DNA of 64,000 bases, from positions 160,001 through 224,000 of the forward strand of contig CAWEPZ010000013.1 in the NCBI GenBank assembly GCA_963811105.1, read 5' to 3'. The stretch's first letter is position 1, and the number at the start of each line of letters is the position of its first letter. Below the pieces are notes generated by a model. That model did no database searches, was not told the DNA's origin, and was given only the letters and a program-made list of their open reading frames with translations. The position numbers and the translations under genes are program-made. This DNA is from Candidatus Bathyarchaeota archaeon. Lineage in GTDB: Archaea > Thermoproteota > Bathyarchaeia > Bathyarchaeales > Bathycorpusculaceae. Of the stretch, positions 24,124 to 33,537 are shown one piece after another.

Positions 24124-24376
24124 ATTCCTCTACCGCCGTGACCTCATTTTTTTCGTCCTTCTTAATTTCGCAGGGTGAAAGGTTAATTCTTAAAACGCCT
24201 GTGTCACCAGTGACTTCTAAGACTGTGCCTTCAACAAATTCAGCGTGTAGTAACTCACCTATACTGCCTTCGATCAAAACATTTTCGCGACTGCCTTGAG
24301 TTAAATTCACGTTCTTGAGATTAAATCTAGATTTTAACTCTACCGAGAAGAAAAGTTCTTTCAACTTTTTCTCCAT
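24101..24376 (-). CDS. Small conserved archaeal hypothetical protein (true start probably MEKKLKE)
   Basis: FSVELKS...VLIEGSIGEL...LEVTGDTGVLRINL; upstream part of the 214-aa ORF is antisense to the HTH gene. Confidence 0.65.
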   Translation of the reverse strand: MEKKLKELFFSVELKSRFNLKNVNLTQGSRENVLIEGSIGELLHAEFVEGTVLEVTGDTGVLRINLSPCEIKKDEKNEVTAVEEYVHDKKR

Positions 24377-24501
24377 AATTTTTTCCTCACAATAATCAAT
24401 GGGATTTAATAGCCATAAATTATATCTTGCAAGAATGTGTAATAGTAAACATTGCTGAGAGTAGTTCACGTTCAAGTGAACCGATCGAGTGCTTGTCACA
24501 A

Positions 24502-25257
24502 ATGGAAAGTCAAGAAGGATTAGACAGATTGTTTTTTGAGCTTGCAAGCGAAAGCAGGTTAGGAATACTGCGAGCGCTTCAAGAGAATGATCTTCGAATG
24601 CTAGAAATCGCTCGATGTCTAAACCTAACGGATACAGAAACCTGCAGGCAACTGCAGCGATTGAGCGATGCTCGTCTAGTTCAAAAACAGGCCGATGGAA
24701 CTTACAGGATAACAACTTACGCGAAGATAGTTCTTTCCACTTCATCCCATTTAGATTTCATCTTCAAGCATAGGGAATACTTTCTTGAACATGACTCGTC
24801 TTTCCTCCCAGTCGAATATCGCGCTAGATTTGGAGAACTATCAGGAGGAAAACTTACACCCACCACGATGGAAACTTTGAACAAAGTGACAGTAATGCTC
24901 AGGAATGCCCAGAACAGAATCGACGGAACGATAGAGGTTGGTTTCGATCTTCATCTTCAGATTATGAGACAACGGCTCCTTGAGGGTGTGAAAGTCAGGT
25001 GGCTTATTCAGGAGAGCTTTCTCAACACGGCCAAATCAATGCTTAGTTCTACGGAGAAGCTTCCCGAAATTAGATCTACGCCTAGAATTTTCTGGCACCT
25101 CTATCAAACAGAGAAAGCGGCAGCTTTCTGTCTCCGACAGAACGACGGAACGATGAGCTATTCCGCCTTCTTTGGAGAAGATGCATCTTTTCTAAAATGG
25201 GCAAACGATTTGTATACGTATGATTGGGAGAAAGCAAAACCAATCCGACTTCGTTAA
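24502..25257 (+). CDS. ArsR-like winged-HTH transcriptional regulator with C-terminal sensor domain
   Basis: LFFELASESRLGIL...ETCRQLQRL; FLKWANDLYTYDWEKA; divergent from ferredoxin operon. Confidence 0.82.
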   Translation: MESQEGLDRLFFELASESRLGILRALQENDLRMLEIARCLNLTDTETCRQLQRLSDARLVQKQADGTYRITTYAKIVLSTSSHLDFIFKHREYFLEHDSSFLPVEYRARFGELSGGKLTPTTMETLNKVTVMLRNAQNRIDGTIEVGFDLHLQIMRQRLLEGVKVRWLIQESFLNTAKSMLSSTEKLPEIRSTPRIFWHLYQTEKAAAFCLRQNDGTMSYSAFFGEDASFLKWANDLYTYDWEKAKPIRLR

Positions 25258-25710
25258 GTCTACCATAAGCATTGTGTGACTCATTCCGAACCCACAGCCG
25301 AAACGATTCTGACCAATTAATTTCGTCGGTAAGAGCAGTAGAAGGGGGATCCTAGCACCATTTTTCCAGTAAAAATTAATTGCGAGCAAGTCCGCTGGTT
25401 TGCGCTCAATACATTTAACAAGTCCTCATTTTTCGATGGAGTAAAAGAATGGCGGGCTCGCTGTAATTTGAACATAGACTCACTGGCGATGTTTACGAAA
25501 ACAATCGCCATTCTTCTTTCTACACACCCACTTTTCCTTTTTTTGAGCATTCTTTTCCCAAGCTCCAACCGAAACCTCTTTTGAGAGCTGTTGGTGCTTT
25601 TCCAAATATTTCTTCAATTGCCGATAAAAAGCTACAGGAAATGGAGAAACTAAAGTTAAAAATGTTCTTTAATGTTTCAGGTATGTTAGTTTTGAAGGTC
25701 GAAGTAAAGC

Positions 25711-26070
25711 ATGATTCTTGAGGCTTATGTAACTATCATGGTTTCCAACGTGAATAAAGCAATAGCCTTCTATGACGAGACTATGGGCTTAAAATTAAGA
25801 AAAAAGTACAATTCCAAATATGCGGAATTTCAAGTTAACAGACTGGTAATTGGACTTCACCTTAAAGACCGCGAAACTTCAGACGTATGCAAAACAAACT
25901 CTGTTTTAGTTGGTTTTAGAGTTGAAGAATTAAACAGCTCGGTTTCTGAACTTAAGAATAGAGGCGTAAAATTTTCTACCGAAATAGAAGAAGGCGCTGG
26001 AGGAAGATTCGCCTACTTCACAGACCCAGATGGAAATCCACTTTATCTTTGGCAAAGCTTAACTCATTAA
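25711..26070 (+). CDS. VOC/glyoxalase family protein
   Basis: VSNVNKAIAFY; GRFAYFTDPDGNPL. Confidence 0.9.
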   Translation: MILEAYVTIMVSNVNKAIAFYDETMGLKLRKKYNSKYAEFQVNRLVIGLHLKDRETSDVCKTNSVLVGFRVEELNSSVSELKNRGVKFSTEIEEGAGGRFAYFTDPDGNPLYLWQSLTH

Positions 26071-26353
26071 CAATTTTCAGGCGAAGAACAGCCTGGAAAA
26101 ACAAATCGAATAAATGGGTCGTACTATTTCCTTTTTTTCCGTGAACAAAATAATCGACAATGAAAAAAGTAAAGTAGCGGTCGGGGGAAAAGTAAAATAT
26201 ACTTTCAAAAAGTGGCCATACTCCGACAGTAAACGTAAAAAATACTGAAAATGACATTACTTTATGTTCGTTGAACGATGGGTTTGACGCTTTAAGAAAG
26301 CTTTGGCTTAGTAACTGTTACAGGTTAGCAAATCGTGATAATTATGCTTGTTT

Positions 26354-27616
26354 TTACGCAAAAGGTGCGCCGCCTGTCTCCAGCATGTAGGATCCCACTA
26401 TTAACATCCCCGTCATGACTGCAAAAATCATGATTCCAATCCAACGGTTCTTGCTATAAATTATTGCTGATACCCAGTAGATCGGAAGCATAGGTATGGC
26501 ATAACGTATGATACTGTAGACCCATGATTGGTATATTATTACAAAGATCATTGAAGCGTAAAAAGCCCAGTACTTTAGTAGTTTAGATTCTTGAATTAAG
26601 TTGTTTTTGATTGACCCAATGCGTAGACGGCTAACAAAATAAGCGGTCGGCAAAAATATCAGTATTAAAGCGATACTATAGAATGCGGATATCTTCAAGC
26701 TTCCACTAAACATTTGGGCTAGCTGGGTGGTGAGAAGAGGGTAAATACCCCAGTTTAGATTGTGTGATATTACTGTGATTGGAAAGACTCCGCCGGCAAC
26801 TTCATAGCCTATAAGTTGAAAAATCAGGAATGGTGAGGCAACGACCACTGAGCTTATTAAGAGTTTAAGGCTTTTTGGCTTGTTTTTTATTGATTGGAGA
26901 GCGTAAATGAGGAAAGGTATACTTATCAAAAGACCATCACTTCTAGTGAAGGATGCTAAGAATCCAAGCAGTACTGCCAATGGTAGTTTGTCTTCTTCGA
27001 GATAGAAAAACGCTCCTAAGGCCAAAGCCATAAATGTTGCCTCGCTGTAAATGGCGGAATAGAATGCTGCTGCAATCCAGAACGAGTAGAATGCTGTCGC
27101 GGCTAGGGCTATTTTGGTTGATGAAAAGATTTTGTTTGTCAGTTTATAAAAAAAGTAAACGCTTACGAAGAATGCTATGTTGGATATTATAAAGCCTGAT
27201 AATACTGTTGCGTTGGTTAATTGTGCTGGGTTGTTTGAAACGAGAAGCATGAACGGTATTTGTAAAGCTTTAATTAATGCTGGGTAGACTGGGAAGAAAG
27301 CCCAATCAGGCTTGGCCAACACAGCAGTGGATGAATAGAAACTCATGTTTCTGCTGGTCCAATAGCTGATATCTGGCGTACCAAGTGGGTAGCCGGTCCT
27401 TGCTATGCTTATGTAATATCCGGAGTCAGTTCGGTAGAATAAGTTTGCTATCGGAACTGGATTGGTTATGTGTGCTGCTGGCTGTAGACTTGAAGTTGTG
27501 AAAAGAACGCTGCAGAGGATAAATACCGCAATAACTAATATGCGAGAACTCAAACCGATCAGTAGAGCTCTATGTATATCATTCATTGATTGCAGCGCCC
27601 CTAGGCTCTTTCTCAA
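26354..27616 (-). CDS. PIG-V/GT76-like GT-C mannosyltransferase
   Basis: DSGYYISIARTGY, AFFPVYP, IYSEATF, TRSDG. Confidence 0.82.
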   Translation of the reverse strand: MRKSLGALQSMNDIHRALLIGLSSRILVIAVFILCSVLFTTSSLQPAAHITNPVPIANLFYRTDSGYYISIARTGYPLGTPDISYWTSRNMSFYSSTAVLAKPDWAFFPVYPALIKALQIPFMLLVSNNPAQLTNATVLSGFIISNIAFFVSVYFFYKLTNKIFSSTKIALAATAFYSFWIAAAFYSAIYSEATFMALALGAFFYLEEDKLPLAVLLGFLASFTRSDGLLISIPFLIYALQSIKNKPKSLKLLISSVVVASPFLIFQLIGYEVAGGVFPITVISHNLNWGIYPLLTTQLAQMFSGSLKISAFYSIALILIFLPTAYFVSRLRIGSIKNNLIQESKLLKYWAFYASMIFVIIYQSWVYSIIRYAIPMLPIYWVSAIIYSKNRWIGIMIFAVMTGMLIVGSYMLETGGAPFA

Positions 27617-28282
27617 TTCTGGTGTTAGCGTTATTAATAAGGGTTAATCCTAACCTGAGACCACGTCAAATATCAATTGTAAGTTGTGTTAGTTAGCGCG
27701 TGGCTGTTCCGAAATGGTCAAGAGTGACAAATAATTCGCCTTTTGGCACAACGCCCTGTAAGCTGTTTCTATTCAGAACCCATGCTCTTACCCACAGCCT
27801 AAATGCAAGTAGCTGACTTTTAACCATTTTTAACCATTTCAGCAACAAGCGCATACCTTAATCATAAAGTGCAAAGCCCGCTGGAAAACGAACTCTAAAC
27901 ATCCATGACAGAAATTATACCGGGGATGGGCTTTTGAGTTGAGGTGCGATTCCCTTCCCCGTTTAGGTTCAAAGAAATGGCTTGCGTACGTATTCCTTGG
28001 AATATCGGTTTTCAAAAATAGCATCTCCCATCGCCGTAAGAGTTACCGTTCCCGGACTCGAATTTATGCCGAAAAATCCTCTTTTTTCTTATTAAAGCAC
28101 GTTCTTTTCATTTGGCTTAAGCTATCCCGACCTACCGTAAGAAGTTAATTGGGCGTTAATAAGTTGGTTGAGAAAATGTATGTGTGAGGTTGTAGTAACA
28201 AATGTTTAAACATCAGCGATTGTTACTAGTGATTTGAGTGTTTTTTTTACAGAAGAATAATCTCTAAGGACTTGTTTAATTT

Positions 28283-28679
28283 ATGGCCGAGAATAAGCGT
28301 AGCATACTGATAATTGATGATAACCCTTCTATTCTGAGATCTATGACTCGAGTTTTGAGTAGAGAAGGTTACGATCTTTTTACTGCGCAAACGGGCAAAG
28401 AGGCTTCAGAAAAACTGTCGACCAAAAAGTTTGATGTGGCTTTGATTGATGTTGGTTTAGGTGAAACATTGGGTACAGATCTGTTGCCTCTGATGAATAA
28501 AGTAGCCCCCAGTATGTTGAAGATTGTACTCACTGGTACGCCTATGTCAAATGGTACGCTTGACGAGGTAAATAGAGGAGCCGACGTATTTCTGCTTAAA
28601 GCCCGTTAAACCAGAAACACTAATTGGAATCCTCGAAGAAAAACTTAAAGGGAAAACAAGTACATTTTCAACGCACTGA
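28283..28679 (+). CDS. Stand-alone response regulator receiver (frameshift near 28600)
   Basis: ILIIDDN, ALIDV, LTG, GADVFLL; shifted frame KPVKPETLIGILEEKL. Confidence 0.82.
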
Positions 28680-29094
28680 AATTATGCTCGTGAATCAGCT
28701 GGCCTGAGTATGGGTTTATGCTAAAAAGCTGGAGATGGAGTCTGATTCTAAGTGCGATTTCCTACCCCGTTTAGCTTTAAGGCAGAAATTTGCATAAATA
28801 TTACCGATCCTCCACTTGCCAATCTGGCTTATAAAAATGTACATCAAACGTTACTAGTGCGCAATCCTTTGGATGGAAAAAAATTTATCATCCGTTTGCC
28901 CCCTATAAAGAAATAATCGGCTACGGACTTGAGCATCCATTCTTGGATTTAATCCTCAATTTACTTGCAAATCTGAGAAGTGGCGGTAACCACATGGTTA
29001 TTGAGGAACGCTTTTTTAAGCTTCTTAACTCATCTTTGGGAAGTCTTATATGCAGACTTGAACTGTCATATATCCGATTTTGTGGGGAAGAAGT

Positions 29095-31629
29095 ATGGAG
29101 AAGAAATTTGTTTCCGTGGGAATAATGATGCTTCTGTTGTCAAGTATGATGTTTGTGGCATTTGAAATTCATCCAGCAAAAGCTTCAGGGCAAATTGCGG
29201 CGCCAGATGATATCACCGAGACTATAACGCTCAAGGCCGCGACTGCCTGGTATTGGACATCGACGACAAGCATCAAAACGGTTGCCTGCACAGACATAAA
29301 CGGTGATGGACAGACCGAGATAATTACAGGCGGCTCCTTCTTTGACGGCGCACGCAACATAGCGCAACTAGTGGTATGGAATAGCACCAGTCTCGCAGCA
29401 GAGAAAATTACAAGCTGGCACTGGACAGGAAACACTACAATCAACTCCCTAGCTGCAGGAGACGTCAACGGGGATGGCAAAACCGAAATTGTCACCGGCG
29501 GATACTATTTCGATGGAACCCGCCAAGTTGCTCAGCTGGTTGTATGGAATGGCTCCAGCTTGGCTGCTGAGAAAATCCAAACTTGGTATTGGACTGGCAA
29601 CACTGTCATCAATTCGGTGGCTTTGGGCGATGTTGACGGTGATGGTCAAGTGGAAATCGTTACAGGCGGATACTACAATGATGGTGCACGCAATGTGGCA
29701 CAACTTATTGAATGGAACGGGCTTAATCTATCCGTTGATCGCTTATCGGGCTGGTATTGGACAGGTAATACCGTCATTAACTCAGTTGCTGTCGGCGATG
29801 TGGATAATGATGGTCAAGTGGAGATCGTTACAGGCGGATTTTACTTTGATGGAACACGCCTCGTTGCCCAGCTGATTGAGTGGACTGGAACGAATCTGGC
29901 AGTTGATAGGCTAACGTCTTGGTATTGGACAGGCAGCACAGTGATCAATTCAGTCGCGATAGGAGATGTTGATAATGATGGACAGACCGAGATAATCACG
30001 GGCGGCTCCTTCTTTGATGGCACACGCAACAATGCGCAGCTTGTGGTTTGGGCAGGATCCAATTTGTCAGTTGATCGGCTAACAGCTTGGTATTGGACAG
30101 GCAACACAGTCATCAATTCAGTTGCGTTAGGCGATGTTGACGGTGATGGCCAGATGGAGATTATTACCGGCGGGTCCTATTTTGATGGCACACGAAATAA
30201 TGCACAGTATGTCGTTTGGAGTGGCTCAAACTTGTCGGTTGAGAGTGCTAAGAACTGGTTCTGGACAAGTGATACTGTCATCAATTCGGTGGTTGCGGGG
30301 GATGTTAATGGAGACTTTTCAGCCGAGATAATTGCGGGCGGGGCGTACCATGATGGCACGCGTTTGAGTGCTCAGCTTACGGTGTGGGGTGTTGTTCAAA
30401 ATTATGTTCCAGCTTACAAGGTATATGGGTTAGATTTTAGCCCTTACAATAGAGATGGGCAAGATCCCAATAGTGGAACAGTGATTACTGAGGCGCAGAT
30501 AAGAGAATTATTGACAACGGTTAAACCGTATACTAATTGGGTGCGGACTTTTGGGTGTTCAAGCGGTCTTGAGGTGGCTGGTCGAGTAGCTCATGAGTTA
30601 GGTTTGAAGGCGGCTGTTGGAGCTTGGATTGGCAGTGATCTTTCTGCTAATGAAGGAGAAATTTCTAAGCTTATAAGCATCGGTAAAGCGGGTGAAGCGG
30701 ATATGTTAATAGTCGGCAGTGAAGTTCTGCTGCGTGGAGATGTTACAGAAACTCAGCTGATAGAGTACATCAACAGAGTAAAAGTTGCTGTTCCTGGAAT
30801 CCAAGTTGCAACAGCTGACGTTTATGGCGAACTTCTAGCACACCCAGCCGTGGTAGCTGCTGGCGATGTGGTCTTGCCCAATTTTTATCCTTACTGGGAA
30901 GGAGTAAACGTGACCTATGCTGTTGCCCATGTTAATGTTTGGTATAATGAAATAGTGTCAGCGGCTGGAGGGAAACCTGTTTTTGTTTCAGAGTCAGGTT
31001 GGCCAAGCAGTGGCAACCAGATTGGAGATGCTGTTGCGTCGCCCGAGAACGCTGCCTTTTACTTTTTGAATTTCGTCTCTTGGGCAAGGGCAAAGAATGT
31101 GCCTTTCTTATACTTTGAAGCTTTCGATGAACCCTGGAAAGCAGCTTCCGAGGGACCTCAAGGTGCCCATTGGGGCGTTTGGGACAAAGACGAAAACCTC
31201 AAAGCAGGAATGAAAGACGTGTTTGACAACAAAACAATCAGTGATAACTGGAGCGGCGACGGAACAATTGCAGGACCTGGAAACGCCACCATCCAATTTA
31301 TCTACGTACCACCATATGGAAGCTTTGACAACCTTAAAGGACAGGTTCTACACGTAAAACCTGCTAATTACAATGTAGCTGTATTCATCAAAGTTGGGTC
31401 AGGATGGTGGACAAAACCGCTCTTCTCCAATCCACTAACCTTCATAAATCCTGACGGAAGCTGGGTTTGCGACGTTACAACTGGAACAAATGATCAAACC
31501 GCCACTGAATTTGCTGCCTATCTGCTCCCTGTCGGCTATAACCCCCCACTAAGCAGCGGACAAAGCACATTACCTGCAGAGCTTGACCAGAACGCAGCCG
31601 CCAAATGCCAAACCACTCGAACGCCATAG
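29095..31629 (+). CDS. Secreted protein: N-terminal 7-blade propeller, GH17 beta-1,3-glucanase/transglucosylase, C-terminal accessory domain
   Basis: Signal peptide; 7x56-aa repeats (29248-30390); GLDFSPY, WVRTFG, VGSEVLLR, SESGWPS, YFEAFDEPWK. Confidence 0.88.
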   Translation: MEKKFVSVGIMMLLLSSMMFVAFEIHPAKASGQIAAPDDITETITLKAATAWYWTSTTSIKTVACTDINGDGQTEIITGGSFFDGARNIAQLVVWNSTSLAAEKITSWHWTGNTTINSLAAGDVNGDGKTEIVTGGYYFDGTRQVAQLVVWNGSSLAAEKIQTWYWTGNTVINSVALGDVDGDGQVEIVTGGYYNDGARNVAQLIEWNGLNLSVDRLSGWYWTGNTVINSVAVGDVDNDGQVEIVTGGFYFDGTRLVAQLIEWTGTNLAVDRLTSWYWTGSTVINSVAIGDVDNDGQTEIITGGSFFDGTRNNAQLVVWAGSNLSVDRLTAWYWTGNTVINSVALGDVDGDGQMEIITGGSYFDGTRNNAQYVVWSGSNLSVESAKNWFWTSDTVINSVVAGDVNGDFSAEIIAGGAYHDGTRLSAQLTVWGVVQNYVPAYKVYGLDFSPYNRDGQDPNSGTVITEAQIRELLTTVKPYTNWVRTFGCSSGLEVAGRVAHELGLKAAVGAWIGSDLSANEGEISKLISIGKAGEADMLIVGSEVLLRGDVTETQLIEYINRVKVAVPGIQVATADVYGELLAHPAVVAAGDVVLPNFYPYWEGVNVTYAVAHVNVWYNEIVSAAGGKPVFVSESGWPSSGNQIGDAVASPENAAFYFLNFVSWARAKNVPFLYFEAFDEPWKAASEGPQGAHWGVWDKDENLKAGMKDVFDNKTISDNWSGDGTIAGPGNATIQFIYVPPYGSFDNLKGQVLHVKPANYNVAVFIKVGSGWWTKPLFSNPLTFINPDGSWVCDVTTGTNDQTATEFAAYLLPVGYNPPLSSGQSTLPAELDQNAAAKCQTTRTP

Positions 31630-32324
31630 ACAAGCAGAAAAAGTTGAAGCAAAAATATCCGTTAACCTTTCTTTGCTTTCTCTCTTTACGGAATAGTTCC
31701 GCACTCATTTTAAATGTTGATGTCACCATTCTCCACGTACTTCTTCCCTTTTTCTTTCAACCAAGTTCCAAAAAACCCGCTTGTTTGTCTGGGTTACTTT
31801 TGATTTTAGGAGATTTATGGGGAAGAATACATTAGAAATAGCACATATGAAAGGAAAAGCTATTCCAGAAGCCCCTTTATTCTGTTTCCTTCTTTTTTCG
31901 AAGAATTAAGTTAATATTTAAGATTGGGAAGCAGTCCGTTTGGTTTAGCACTCTTTTTTAGATGTCGACATGAAATTCTATGCTTTTTGTTTTCTTTTTT
32001 TTAAAAATCAGGAATTACTATTTTTGGCTTTAAAAAATAATTAGTCTGACGAAATTCTAAGTTTTTGTTGCCATGGATTTAGTATAAACTTTTATTATCA
32101 CCAAGTTGGCGACATCTCCCGCATTCCCTTTTTTTGTGTTTTTCTCAATAATATTTAAGATTCTGCAATTCCGATAAAACTTTTGACACTCATACCTTCA
32201 GGATAACGAATTTTGTCTATTTGGCTTCTAAAAGGTTCGAGTGGCAAAATCTCCGGCTCAATCCCTTTTTCTCTTTTTGTATTTCCACTAATTATGTTAT
32301 ATTCGTTGTTAGTATATTTCGGCT

Positions 32325-32810
32325 TTAGATCATGCCCCAGACGGTTAGTTGGCTATTTAGGCGTGTTCCATCATAGAATGTTCCGCCGGCAACTATTTCA
32401 GTTGAAGAGTCACCATTCACGTCAACCACGCTTAGTGAGTTGATTGTCGTGTTGCCTGTCCAGTACCAGGTTTTGACATTTTCAAAAGCAATGCTTGAGC
32501 CTGACCAGATTTTCAGTTGGGCAACATCGCGTGAGCCGTCGTTGTATTGACCACCGGTTACTAATTCGGGTTGTCCATCACTGTCCACGTCGCCTATCGC
32601 AACAGATTTGATTGCCGTATTGCCTGCCCAGTACCAACCCGCCAGTCTATCCATTGTTAAATTTGAACCGATCCACTCCACGAGTTGTGCATTGTTGCGT
32701 GATCATCAAAGTATGACCCCACAGTAACAACTTCGCTTTGCCCATCACCGTCAACGTCGCCTAACGCAACAGAGTTGATCACCGTGTTACCTGTCCAGTA
32801 CCAAGTGGTG
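32325..32810 (-). pseudogene. Orphan C-terminal three blades of the propeller
   Basis: TTWYWTGNTVINSVALGDVDGDG...NSQLTVWGMI*; no start or signal peptide. Confidence 0.8.
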
Positions 32811-32925
32811 AAGGATTAGTGGACGTATTCGTCAATATGAACTATCGATACATGATACGTGTTTCATTTAACACCAGAAAGCATTTAAGCCTAATCAAAC
32901 GATATAAAAATGAGGTGATTTTTGC

Positions 32926-33235
32926 ATGACTACATCAACTGTAATTGATGAGTATACAGTCCTGTATTCATCTGGCACTTTTCGTCCTCGAATCTGGCTA
33001 TATAGTGGCGGGAAAGCTATTGGACAACTTTATTTCGAGACCAACGGGTCAGCCTTGCCTCAAGATCAAATAATCGGTACGCCAACTATCTTCTATCACC
33101 GAGAAGACTTTGCCAACGTCTTAGATATGCTAAGAAATGAAAAGCCAGTTGTTTTTGATTCGGATGGGTCCAGGATCAAATAATGAGAATCGTACTTAGA
33201 ACTGGTCGCGAGCCAGCCGGTGAAGCGAGAAAAAT
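32926..33235 (+). CDS. Small conserved hypothetical protein (C-terminus frameshifted)
   Basis: GAGGTGA upstream; YHREDFANVLDMLRNEKP; shifted frame LRTGREPAGE. Confidence 0.55.
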
Positions 33236-33537
33236 AAACGACAATTTCTAAATCCACTAAGTCACCCTCCTTTTTTTGCAAGAAGATCAATTCTTCAATG
33301 GAAATGCGGTTATAGCCTAGTTTGATCTATCACCAACTATTGATACCGACAATAGAATTTTTGGTTTTTGCAATTCCTTTATTTTTTAGTAAGCTGGTAC
33401 TCATTGAAATCAACAAAATGGAGTAAAGATCAAATCCTTTCAGAAAATAGTCCTTTTTGGCTTCTATAAGATTAAAGTGGCGAAATCTCCCGCGCACTCC
33501 CTTTTTTTTCTGGTGTAGGGGCTAAAATCAAATTTGC

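Noticed and set aside
24377-24745. N-terminal extension of the 214-aa ORF
   Set aside because: Antisense to the HTH regulator; the recognisable protein starts at 24376
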